Source of the DNA: Gemmatimonadaceae bacterium
GTDB lineage: Bacteria; Gemmatimonadota; Gemmatimonadetes; Gemmatimonadales; Gemmatimonadaceae
Assembly: GCA_033763905.1 (NCBI GenBank)
Contig: JANRJP010000037.1
Span: 32,001-96,000, forward strand
Length of the DNA: 64,000 nucleotides
Direction: 5' to 3'
Part shown: piece after piece, positions 1 through 8,922 of the stretch
Position numbering within the stretch: position 1 is the first letter of the stretch
Layout of the letters: every line of letters begins with the position of its first letter
Translations under genes and position numbers: made by a program
The notes under the pieces: generated by a model
The model's input: only the letters and a program-made list of their open reading frames with translations
Databases searched by the model: none
What the model was told of the DNA's origin: nothing

Positions 1-232
1 GTTCTATCTCGTCGCGATGCTCTTCATCGTCTTCGACATCGAGACGGTGTTCATGGTGCCGTGGGGGGTGCTGTATCGCGACCTGTCCTGCGCCGTGCCG
101 AGGCTCGCGAATGGGGCGTGCCCAGCGGGGATGGTGTCGTTCTTCGGCCTGGGCGAGATGCTCGTGTTCATGGCGATTCTCGTCGTCGGGTTAGCCTACG
201 TCTGGAAGAAGGGGGCGCTGCAGTGGGACTGA
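1..232 (+). CDS. nuoA: NADH-quinone oxidoreductase subunit A (5'-truncated by window)
   Basis: [14 protein letters not shown]...PW and [11 protein letters not shown] motifs; first gene of nuo operon. Confidence 0.95.
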   Translation, partial: FYLVAMLFIVFDIETVFMVPWGVLYRDLSCAVPRLANGACPAGMVSFFGLGEMLVFMAILVVGLAYVWKKGALQWD

Positions 233-849
233 GCACACAACCCGAGTCGAAGGCCGTGTCGATCGACGCGCCGGGCTCCGAAGGGTGGATCACCACCCGG
301 CTCGATTTCCTCATCAACTGGTCGCGCGCGAACTCGCTCTGGCCGATGCCCTTCGGGACGGCCTGCTGCGGCATCGAGTTCATGGCGACGATGGCAAGCA
401 AGTACGACCTGGCGCGCTTCGGGATGGAGAAGATGGGCTTCACCCCGCGCCAGGCCGACGTGCTGATCTGCGCGGGTCGCGTGCCGCTCAAACTCGCGCC
501 GGTGCTGCGGCGCATCTACCAGCAGATGCCGCAGCCCAAGTGGGTGATCTCGATGGGCGCCTGCGCGTCGTCCGGCGGAATGTTCGACACCTACTCGGTG
601 GTGCAGGGCATCGACACCATCATTCCGGTCGACGTGTACGTGCCGGGCTGCCCGCCGCGGCCGGAAGCCCTGATGTACGGCATTATGATGCTGCAGCAGA
701 AGGTGCGCGGCGAGCAGTTCAAGAACGATCCAACGCGACTCGAAATCGCGCCCGATCCGAAGAGCCACCTCTACATTCCGCCGGAGCGCATCGACGAGCT
801 GTCGGAGCCGTTCGGCAACTCGGTGCATCAGACCCGGTCGGCCCCGTGA
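223..849 (+). CDS. nuoB: NADH-quinone oxidoreductase subunit B
   Basis: [27 protein letters not shown] (N2 ligands); GTG start overlapping nuoA end. Confidence 0.97.
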   Translation: MGLSTQPESKAVSIDAPGSEGWITTRLDFLINWSRANSLWPMPFGTACCGIEFMATMASKYDLARFGMEKMGFTPRQADVLICAGRVPLKLAPVLRRIYQQMPQPKWVISMGACASSGGMFDTYSVVQGIDTIIPVDVYVPGCPPRPEALMYGIMMLQQKVRGEQFKNDPTRLEIAPDPKSHLYIPPERIDELSEPFGNSVHQTRSAP

Positions 850-1562
850 GCCGCGACGACACGCCGCAGATGCCGGTGATGGTCACCGGCCGCGCGTTGA
901 CCGAGGGCACACCCGCGCCGGTGACGCCCAAGCGCGTGGCGCATCGCGGGGGCGACGAGCACCCGTCAGTGTCCGCGCTGCGCAGTGCTTTCGGCGATGC
1001 CATTCAGCGGCACGACGTCATCTGGGGCGAGACCACCGTGTATGTCTCGGTGACCCGCCTCCGCGACATCATCACGTGGTTGCACGCCGACGCGACGCAG
1101 CAGTACGACTACCTCGTCGACGTGACCGCCGTCGAGTACCGCGATCCTGACGTGCCGCTGCAGGTCGTGTGGCATCTGCGCTCGTTGCCGTATCGCCGCT
1201 TTCTCCGGATCAAGGTCGAACTCGCGAAGGACGCGCCGCTGCGGGTGCCGAGCATCACGAGCGTGTACCAGAGCGCCGATTGGCTCGAGCGGGAGGTGTA
1301 CGACATGTTCGGCATCGAGTTTGAGGGACACGCCGACCTCCGTCGCATTCTGATGTGGGAGCAGTACAAGGAAGGCCATCCGCTCCGGAAGGACTTCCCG
1401 CTCCGCGGCCGCTTCTCGCGCAGCGAGCAGCTCCGGCAGGCGCTCTCGGCGAATCCGGAGGCCCACTATTCGATGAACGAGTTGTCGGTGGCCGAGGCCT
1501 TTGGCGACCTGCCGAAGGATGTGCAGGCACGCCTCCGCGCCGGTGAGGAGACGGGCGAATGA
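846..1562 (+). CDS. nuoC: NADH-quinone oxidoreductase subunit C
   Basis: [36 protein letters not shown] overlap with nuoB. Confidence 0.95.
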   Translation: MSRDDTPQMPVMVTGRALTEGTPAPVTPKRVAHRGGDEHPSVSALRSAFGDAIQRHDVIWGETTVYVSVTRLRDIITWLHADATQQYDYLVDVTAVEYRDPDVPLQVVWHLRSLPYRRFLRIKVELAKDAPLRVPSITSVYQSADWLEREVYDMFGIEFEGHADLRRILMWEQYKEGHPLRKDFPLRGRFSRSEQLRQALSANPEAHYSMNELSVAEAFGDLPKDVQARLRAGEETGE

Positions 1563-2869
1563 GCACCCGCACGATCGAAGTCGCCCTCAGCACCACGGGG
1601 CTCGGGCCCGACGGCACGCCGCAGCGCGTGCCCCTGCTCGCGGATGCCGCCGGCAATCTGGTGCCGCTGGGCACGGCACCGCCGGCGCTCGAGCCCGATC
1701 TGGGCGGCGAGCATATGCTGATCAACATCGGCCCGCAGCACCCGGCGACGCACGGCGTGCTGCGGCTGGTGCTCGAGCTCGATGGCGAAACCGTCGTCCG
1801 TTGCGTGCCGCACATTGGCTACCTGCACTGCGGCTTCGAGAAGATCGGCGAGTATCGCCAGTACAACCAGATCATTCCGTGGACTGATCGCGAGGACTAC
1901 CTCAACTCGATCGGCAACAACGTCGCGTTCGTGCTGTCGGCCGAGCGCTTGTTCGGCGTCGAGATCACGCCGCGGTGCACGGTGCTGCGGGTAATTGCGA
2001 TGGAGCTGTCGCGGATCATCAGTCACCTCGTGTGGGTCGGCACCACCGCGATCGACATCGGGGCGTTCACGCCCTTCCTGTGGGTCTTTCAGGAACGCGA
2101 GAACGTGTACAACCTGCTCGAGGGCTGGGTGGGGGCGCGGCTCACGACCAGCGCGACCCGCGTGGGCGGGATGGCGGCCGACGTCCCCGATGGTTGGGTG
2201 GACGGGCTCCGCAATTTCGTCCGCAACTTCCCGCGCACGATCGATGAAGTCGACAAGATGCTCACGAAGAACGGCATCTGGGTCGGCCGCACGGTGGGTC
2301 TGGGCGCGATGTCGGGTCCGGAAGCGCTGAACTACGGCCTTTCCGGCCCGATGCTGCGCGCGAGCGGCGTCGACTACGACGTGCGCAAGGACGTGCCGTA
2401 CCTCGACTACGAGACCTACGACTTCGACGTGCCCGTCGGGACGGCGGGTGACGTGTACGACCGCTATCTCGTGCGGATGGAGGAGCTCCGCCAGTCGGTG
2501 CGCATTCTGGAGCAAGCGATCGCGCGCCTGCCGGATGGCCCGGTGAACATCAACGATCCGCGCGTCATCCTGCCGCCGAAGCACAAGGCGACGAGCGAGA
2601 TGGAGTCGATGATCCATCACTTCAAGCTCGTGATGGAAGGCCCGCGCCCGCCGATCGGCGAGTGCTACGTCCCGGTCGAAAGCCCCAAGGGCGAGAAGGG
2701 GTACTACCTCGTCTCCGACGGAACGTCCAAGCCGGTGCGCTGGCGCATCCGTCCGCCCTCGTTCGTGAACCTGTCGGCCATCCCGAAGATGGTCGAGGGA
2801 CATTTGCTGTCGGACGTGATTGCCATCAACGCGTCCATCGACATCGTGATGGGAGAGATCGACCGGTGA
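1559..2869 (+). CDS. nuoD: NADH-quinone oxidoreductase subunit D
   Basis: NIGPQHPATHGVLRL, GYLHCGFEK, C-terminal DIVMGEIDR. Confidence 0.98.
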   Translation: MSTRTIEVALSTTGLGPDGTPQRVPLLADAAGNLVPLGTAPPALEPDLGGEHMLINIGPQHPATHGVLRLVLELDGETVVRCVPHIGYLHCGFEKIGEYRQYNQIIPWTDREDYLNSIGNNVAFVLSAERLFGVEITPRCTVLRVIAMELSRIISHLVWVGTTAIDIGAFTPFLWVFQERENVYNLLEGWVGARLTTSATRVGGMAADVPDGWVDGLRNFVRNFPRTIDEVDKMLTKNGIWVGRTVGLGAMSGPEALNYGLSGPMLRASGVDYDVRKDVPYLDYETYDFDVPVGTAGDVYDRYLVRMEELRQSVRILEQAIARLPDGPVNINDPRVILPPKHKATSEMESMIHHFKLVMEGPRPPIGECYVPVESPKGEKGYYLVSDGTSKPVRWRIRPPSFVNLSAIPKMVEGHLLSDVIAINASIDIVMGEIDR

Positions 2870-3411
2870 CCTACGGACCCAGTGCCGGCCCCAAGCTGGT
2901 CAAGGCGCCAGACGACCACGCGCACGACGCACCGCACGAACCGGTCTTCACCGGGGAGCGGCTCGTCGAGCTGGAGCGCATCTGCGGACGGTATCCGACG
3001 CGTCAGGCGGCGCTGCTACCGGCGCTGTGGATGATTCAGGAGGCGCGCGGCTGGGTGAGCGAGGGCGCCGTCGAGGAAGTCGCCGCACTGCTGCAGGTGA
3101 GCCCGGCCCACGTGCGCGGCGTGCTGACCTTCTACACGATGTACCACCAGCATCCGGTGGGAAAGCACTTCGTACAGGTGTGCACTACCACGCCGTGCAA
3201 CCTCTGCGGCGCGGAAGACGTCGTGAACGCCTTCCTGCGGCACACCGGCTGCGGGGAACTCGGCGTCACCAGTGACGATGGGCGATTCACGGTGATCGAG
3301 GTCGAATGCCTCGGCGCTTGCGGCTTCGCGACCCCGGTGATGATCAACAGCGCGTATCTGGAGTCGGTCACCCCCGACGCCGTGCCCGATATTCTGGCGG
3401 AGCTCGACTGA
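2866..3411 (+). CDS. nuoE: NADH-quinone oxidoreductase subunit E
   Basis: VCTTTPC...ECLGAC 2Fe-2S ligands; TFYTMY. Confidence 0.96.
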   Translation: MTYGPSAGPKLVKAPDDHAHDAPHEPVFTGERLVELERICGRYPTRQAALLPALWMIQEARGWVSEGAVEEVAALLQVSPAHVRGVLTFYTMYHQHPVGKHFVQVCTTTPCNLCGAEDVVNAFLRHTGCGELGVTSDDGRFTVIEVECLGACGFATPVMINSAYLESVTPDAVPDILAELD

Positions 3412-4742
3412 TGGGCTACCCACATCCCCGACACCCGCGCGAGACACCGGTGCTCAGCGAGCACTTCGGCGACCCCGAAGCGCGCACGCTCGACGGCTGG
3501 AAGAAGCGGGGCGGCTACCAGGCGCTCGAGAAGGCGCTGTCGATGGACCCGGTCGACGTGCAGAACGTCGTCAAGGACTCCGGCCTGCGTGGCCGCGGCG
3601 GCGCCGGGTTTCCGGCCGGCATCAAGTGGTCGTTTATGAAGCCGGACGGCAAGCCGCACTATCTCTGCTGCAACGGCGACGAGTCCGAACCCGGCACGTT
3701 CAAGGACCGCGAGATCATGCGCTGGACGCCGCACGCCCTGGTGGAAGGCGTGGCGACGGGGATGCACGCGATCTACGCCGAGACGGGCTACATCTACATC
3801 CGCGGTGAGTTCACCGAGCCGCTGCAGGCCGTGACGCAGGCGGTGGCTGAGGCCTACGCGGCGGGCATCCTTGGTGCCAACGCGATGGGCACGGGGAAGC
3901 GCCTGGACATTCACGTGCACAAGGGCGCCGGCGCGTACATCTGTGGCGAAGAGACCGCCCTGATGAACTCGATCGAAGGGAAGCGCGGCAATCCGCGAAT
4001 CAAGCCGCCGTTCCCGGCGGTGGCTGGCCTGTTCGGCAAGCCGACCACGATCAACAACGTCGAAACGCTCACGGCGTCTGCGCACGTGGTCAAGCGCGGC
4101 GCGGACTGGTACAAGGCCTTCGGGCGGCCCGACAACCCGAAGAGCACCGGCACCAAGCTGTTCAGCGTCTGCGGCAACGTCGCTCGTCCGGGCAACTACG
4201 AAGTGACGCTGGGATTCCCCTTCAAGGAATTCCTCTGGGACCTGTGCGGTGGTGCGCCCCCGGGCCGCTCGATCAAGGCGGTCATCCCCGGCGGCTCGTC
4301 GGTGCCGATGCTCACCGCCGATGAGTGCGACGGCGTCTTTATGGACTACGAAGGCATGGCGGCGGCGGGCACGCTGCTCGGGTCCGGCGGCGTGATCGTG
4401 TTCGACGACACCGCCGATATGCCGCGGCAGATCGCGCGCCTGGCGCGGTTCTATGCCCACGAAAGTTGCGCGCAGTGCTCGCAGTGCCGCGAAGGCACGG
4501 CGTGGACGACGCGCATTCTCGACCGGATCGTCCGGGGCGAGGGGACCTACGAGGATCTCGACACCTTGCTCGAGATTGGCGAACAGATGAGTGGCAAGAC
4601 GATTTGCGTGCTCTCGGATTCGTGCGCGACGCCGGTCGCGAGCGGGCTCAAGAAGTTCCGCGCCGAGTTCGAAGCCAAGATCTCCAAGAAGCAGCACGTG
4701 GCCTTCGTGCCCGCGCAGCTCGTGACCGCGGGGGGCGCGTGA
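3411..4742 (+). CDS. nuoF: NADH-quinone oxidoreductase subunit F
   Basis: SGLRGRGGAGFP, DESEPGTFKDR, GAGAYICGEETAL, ESCAQCSQCREG. Confidence 0.98.
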   Translation: MGYPHPRHPRETPVLSEHFGDPEARTLDGWKKRGGYQALEKALSMDPVDVQNVVKDSGLRGRGGAGFPAGIKWSFMKPDGKPHYLCCNGDESEPGTFKDREIMRWTPHALVEGVATGMHAIYAETGYIYIRGEFTEPLQAVTQAVAEAYAAGILGANAMGTGKRLDIHVHKGAGAYICGEETALMNSIEGKRGNPRIKPPFPAVAGLFGKPTTINNVETLTASAHVVKRGADWYKAFGRPDNPKSTGTKLFSVCGNVARPGNYEVTLGFPFKEFLWDLCGGAPPGRSIKAVIPGGSSVPMLTADECDGVFMDYEGMAAAGTLLGSGGVIVFDDTADMPRQIARLARFYAHESCAQCSQCREGTAWTTRILDRIVRGEGTYEDLDTLLEIGEQMSGKTICVLSDSCATPVASGLKKFRAEFEAKISKKQHVAFVPAQLVTAGGA

Positions 4743-6343
4743 CCGCACCCGCCAGCACGGCGCCCAGTGCGCCGCCACCGCCGCCGAGCACGGTGAAGGT
4801 CACGATCGAAGGCGTGCAGGTCGACGTGAAGCCGGGCATCAGCATTCTCGAGGCCGCCAAGCAGGCCGGGGTGCTGATTCCGCACTACTGCTACCACCCG
4901 GGGCTCCCGGTGGCGGGCGTGTGCCGGATGTGTCTGGTGGACGTCGAGAAATTCCCCAAGCTCACGCCCGCCTGCGCGACGTCGGTCGCCGACGGCCAGG
5001 TCGTGCACGTCCACAACGACAAGGCCAAGGCGGCCCGCACGGGCGTGCTGGAGTTCCTGCTGATCAACCATCCGCTCGATTGCCCGATCTGCGATCAGGC
5101 GGGCGAGTGCGAACTGCAGGACTACACCTTCCAGGAAGGGCGCGCCGACTCGCGGTACCGCGAACCGAAGCGCTTCAATCCGATGGAAGACTTCGGCGGT
5201 GACGTGCTGTACGTGCCGAACCGCTGCATTCTGTGCACGCGCTGCGTGCGCTTTATGTCGGACGTCGCGAAGGACCCCGTCTTGAACGTGTCGGAGCGCG
5301 GCGATCGGGCGTTCATCGGCAAGGCGGAAGGGCACGACCTCACCAATGTTTGGGCCGGCAACGTCGTCGATCTCTGCCCGGTGGGCGCGCTGCTCTCGAA
5401 GGACTTCCTCAACAAGGCCCGCGCCTGGGAACTCGACCGCTCGGCGTCGGTGTGCACCGGCTGTTCGCAGGGCTGCAACGTCGTACTCGAGACGCGCGAC
5501 AACGTCGTCGTGCGCGTGAAGCCGCGGACCAACACGGCGGTGAATCAGTACTACGCGTGCGAGGTCGGGCGGCAGAGCTATCGGGCGTTTAATCGTCCGG
5601 ATCGGCTGCAGTCGCCCTTGGTGCGGACGGGTGGCAACGGACTCGCGACGACGACGTGGGAGCAGGCGATCGAAGTCGCGGCGAACACCTTGGCGCAGGC
5701 CAAGCGGGTCGTCGTGATTGCATCGCCGGCGATGTCGAACGAGGCCTTGTTCCTGCTGACGCGCGTGATGGGGCCGACCGGTGTCGGTCGGGTGCAGGTG
5801 CCGACGGGCCCCGAGGCGGCATTGCCGGGCGTGTCGGATCTCGCCCTCCGTGCGGATCGCGCGCCGAACGGGCAGGGGGCCGAGCTGCTGGGTTTCACGC
5901 GCACCGATGCACTCGTGGCGTCGATTGCGCCTGGGGACGTCGTGCTCGTCGCGGACCCCGACGCGGTGGCAGGCCACGCGGCGGCCCTCGAGGCGGCCGC
6001 CGCGATCGTGGTGATCGGTTCGCACTTGCCGGACGCGCTGGCGGCGCGCTGCGCCGCCGCGCTGCCGATTGCGACCACGGCGGAAGAAGAAGGCACCTTC
6101 ACGAATCTGCGTGGCCGCGTGCAGCGCTTTTTGCAGGCGAAGGCACCGCCGGGCGATGTGCGGCCGAGCTGGTCCGTCATTGGCGACGTCGCGGAAGCGA
6201 TGGGTCGAGGTGCAGCGCCAATGCTCCCCGCCGACGTGTTCGCCGCACTGGCCGCATCCCACGAGCGATTTGCGGGCCTCACCTACGCGCGGCTTGGCCT
6301 GCGCGGCTTGCCGGTGCTGGAGTCGGCTGGGGTGACGGGCTGA
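4739..6343 (+). CDS. nuoG: NADH-quinone oxidoreductase subunit G (short, 534 aa)
   Basis: CYHPGL..GVCRMC, NHPLDCPICDQAGECELQD, RCILCTRCVRF, CPVGAL, CTGCSQGC. Confidence 0.95.
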   Translation: MTAPASTAPSAPPPPPSTVKVTIEGVQVDVKPGISILEAAKQAGVLIPHYCYHPGLPVAGVCRMCLVDVEKFPKLTPACATSVADGQVVHVHNDKAKAARTGVLEFLLINHPLDCPICDQAGECELQDYTFQEGRADSRYREPKRFNPMEDFGGDVLYVPNRCILCTRCVRFMSDVAKDPVLNVSERGDRAFIGKAEGHDLTNVWAGNVVDLCPVGALLSKDFLNKARAWELDRSASVCTGCSQGCNVVLETRDNVVVRVKPRTNTAVNQYYACEVGRQSYRAFNRPDRLQSPLVRTGGNGLATTTWEQAIEVAANTLAQAKRVVVIASPAMSNEALFLLTRVMGPTGVGRVQVPTGPEAALPGVSDLALRADRAPNGQGAELLGFTRTDALVASIAPGDVVLVADPDAVAGHAAALEAAAAIVVIGSHLPDALAARCAAALPIATTAEEEGTFTNLRGRVQRFLQAKAPPGDVRPSWSVIGDVAEAMGRGAAPMLPADVFAALAASHERFAGLTYARLGLRGLPVLESAGVTG

Positions 6344-7611
6344 TGGAACCCACCGGCCTCGCGTTCGTGCTGATTTCTATCGCGAAGATTCTGGTCGTCT
6401 TCGTGGTCTACTTGCTGACCGTCGCGTACACGACGCTTGCCGAACGACGCATCTCGGCGTGGATCCAGGATCGCCACGGCCCCAACCGCACCGGTCCGCA
6501 AGGCCTGCTGCAGCCGATTGCCGACGGGATCAAGAACCTGCTCAAGGAAGAAACGCTCCCAGGCGCCGCCAATCCGTGGATGTTCGTGCTCGCGCCGGCG
6601 CTGGCGTTCATCCCGGCGTTCCTCACGTGGGCCGTGATTCCGTGGGGCGCCCCGGTGCCGACGCCCTGGGGCACGGTATCACTCGCAGTGGCGGACCTCC
6701 CGGTGGGCTTTCTGTTCACCTTGGCGATCTCGTCGCTCGGGGTGTACGGCATCACCTTGGCCGGCTGGTCGAGCAACAACAAGTACGCGCTGCTGGGCGG
6801 ACTGCGCTCCAGCGCGCAGATGGTGAGCTACGAGATCGCGATGGGAATGAGCACGATTCCGGTGCTTTTGCTGGTCGGCAACGTGGCGCTGGCCGACATC
6901 GTGGCGCAGCAGCAGGCGACGGCGTGGAACGCGGCGCTGCTCTCGGTCGCGTTTCTCACGTTTCTCGTGAGTGCCTTCGCCGAGACGAATCGCCTGCCGT
7001 TCGATCTGCCGGAGGCCGAGAGCGAGCTGGTCGCGGGCTATCACACCGAGTACTCCGCGATGAAGTACTCGATGTTCATGATTGCCGAGTACGCGAACAT
7101 GATGACGGCGGGGGCGCTGATCTCGACGCTGTTCCTCGGTGGCTGGGACATTCCCTTCACGACCTGGGACAGCACCAACCCCTCGTGGATCAAGAGTCTC
7201 GCCACGTTCGCCGTGATGTATCTCAAGACGATCTTCTGGCTGTTCTTCTTCATCTGGGTGCGCTGGACGCTGCCGCGCTTCCGCTACGACCAGCTGATGG
7301 CGCTCGGATGGCGGGTGATGCTGCCGATGATCCTCGGTTACATCGTGCTGATCGCGGCCACGACGCTGGGCTTGGATGCGGCGGGCATCGGGCGCGGGAC
7401 GACCTATACCGCGACGCTGTTTGGCGTGAATGTCGTCTGCGTCCTGGGCATTCTCTTCTGGTTTGACCGCGGGCGCTTGGTGAGCCCGGCGGCGAGCCGG
7501 CTCAAGACTCACGAGCTCGATCGACTGCGGCAGGTGGCCGAGCGTCGAGCTGCTATTGCCGCGCGCACGGCACGGGCCGGGACGGCATCCGTGGCGGCGG
7601 GGAGCAACTGA
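6343..7611 (+). CDS. nuoH: NADH-quinone oxidoreductase subunit H
   Basis: ERR...GPNR.GP.GLLQPIADGIK, AETNRLPFDLPEAESELVAGYHTEYS, LPRFRYDQLM. Confidence 0.97.
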   Translation: MEPTGLAFVLISIAKILVVFVVYLLTVAYTTLAERRISAWIQDRHGPNRTGPQGLLQPIADGIKNLLKEETLPGAANPWMFVLAPALAFIPAFLTWAVIPWGAPVPTPWGTVSLAVADLPVGFLFTLAISSLGVYGITLAGWSSNNKYALLGGLRSSAQMVSYEIAMGMSTIPVLLLVGNVALADIVAQQQATAWNAALLSVAFLTFLVSAFAETNRLPFDLPEAESELVAGYHTEYSAMKYSMFMIAEYANMMTAGALISTLFLGGWDIPFTTWDSTNPSWIKSLATFAVMYLKTIFWLFFFIWVRWTLPRFRYDQLMALGWRVMLPMILGYIVLIAATTLGLDAAGIGRGTTYTATLFGVNVVCVLGILFWFDRGRLVSPAASRLKTHELDRLRQVAERRAAIAARTARAGTASVAAGSN

Positions 7612-7612
7612 T

Positions 7613-8110
7613 ATGGCGATCGGCGTGAAAGTGATGGCGCGTCCCACCGAGCAGTCGAGTTATCTCCGCTCGACGCTCTCGGGGCTCGCGACGACGTTCA
7701 AGCACTTGGTCGACCCGCACAAGGTGACCGTGCAGTATCCGGAACAGCAGTGGCCGATCGCGCCGCGCTGGCGTGGCACGCACCGGATGCTCACGACCGA
7801 GGACGGCAAGGCCAAGTGTGTGGCGTGCGGGCTCTGCCCGACGGTGTGCCCCGCCAACTGCATCAAGCTGGTGCCCGGTGAGGACGAGAAGGGCAACCGG
7901 TACCCGCTGGTCTTCGAGATCGACGAGTTCCGCTGCATCTTTTGCGGCTACTGTCAGGAAGTGTGCCCGGAAGAGGCGATTCACGTCGGACGCCATTTCG
8001 AGAACGCCGAGTACTCGCGCGACCGCTTCGTCTATGACCTCGCGCGCCTCACGTCGCAGAAGCATCAGGTGAGCACGCTGTGGGATCCTTCGGATCCGGC
8101 GGGGGAGTGA
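7613..8110 (+). CDS. nuoI: NADH-quinone oxidoreductase subunit I
   Basis: two CxxCxxCxxxCP ferredoxin motifs ([24 protein letters not shown]). Confidence 0.97.
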   Translation: MAIGVKVMARPTEQSSYLRSTLSGLATTFKHLVDPHKVTVQYPEQQWPIAPRWRGTHRMLTTEDGKAKCVACGLCPTVCPANCIKLVPGEDEKGNRYPLVFEIDEFRCIFCGYCQEVCPEEAIHVGRHFENAEYSRDRFVYDLARLTSQKHQVSTLWDPSDPAGE

Positions 8111-8628
8111 TGGCGATCCCGATGGCGACCCAGGTGCAGTTCTGGCTCTTCGGCCTCCTGGCGGTGGTTTCGGCCCTGTTGTTCGTGACGCGCAAGAGCC
8201 CGGTGGCCGCCGCCTTGTGGCTCGTCAACACGATGTTCTGCCTGTCCGGGCTGTACGTGATGCTCGACGCCCCGTTCGTCGGTGCGGTGCAGGTACTCGT
8301 GTATGCGGGCGCGATCATGGTGGTCTTTCTGTTCGTCGTGATGCTGCTCAACCTCAGCGCCGACGACCTGAAGGTCGATCTGCGGAGTCCGGGCGTGCGC
8401 GCTGGGGCGGTGATCGTCGGCATTCTGATGGCCGCCGAGATCTTCATTGCGACGCGGGTGGCGCTGCCGCCGGTGCCGGCGTTGCGGCCGAACGGTGGGA
8501 ATGCCGTGACCGAGGTCGCATCGTCGCTCTTCCGCGACCATCTCGTGGCCTTCGAAATCACGAGCGTGCTGCTGCTCGTGGCGATCATCGGCGCGGTGAC
8601 GCTGGCGAAGCGGGAGGGATCGGCGTGA
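8110..8628 (+). CDS. nuoJ: NADH-quinone oxidoreductase subunit J
   Basis: [36 protein letters not shown]. Confidence 0.96.
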   Translation: MAIPMATQVQFWLFGLLAVVSALLFVTRKSPVAAALWLVNTMFCLSGLYVMLDAPFVGAVQVLVYAGAIMVVFLFVVMLLNLSADDLKVDLRSPGVRAGAVIVGILMAAEIFIATRVALPPVPALRPNGGNAVTEVASSLFRDHLVAFEITSVLLLVAIIGAVTLAKREGSA

Positions 8629-8918
8629 TTACCGAATCCCTCTTCCTCAGTGCCGTGCTCTTCGCGATCGGGGTGGGTGGCGTTCTGATCCGACGCAACG
8701 CCCTGATGCTCTTTATGTGCGTCGAGTTGATGCTCAACGCGGTCAATCTGAGCTTCGTGGCCCTGTCGCGCGTGCACGGGGTGGACGGGCAGGTGTTCGT
8801 GATCTTCGTGATGACCGTCGCGGCCGCCGAAGCCGCCGTGGGACTGGCGATCATCATCGCCGCGTTCCGTCACTTCAAGTCTGCCGACCTGGCGGACATC
8901 CGCCTGTTGGGGGGCTGA
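8625..8918 (+). CDS. nuoK: NADH-quinone oxidoreductase subunit K
   Basis: RRN...[22 protein letters not shown]. Confidence 0.96.
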   Translation: MITESLFLSAVLFAIGVGGVLIRRNALMLFMCVELMLNAVNLSFVALSRVHGVDGQVFVIFVMTVAAAEAAVGLAIIIAAFRHFKSADLADIRLLGG

Positions 8919-8922
8919 AGCG

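Noticed and set aside
61..222. Long N-terminal extensions in the ORF track for nuoB, and likewise nuoC, G, H, K, M, xerD, trpG, dapF and MarR
   Set aside because: They overlap upstream genes; the true starts are the coupled GTG/ATG codons at the upstream stops
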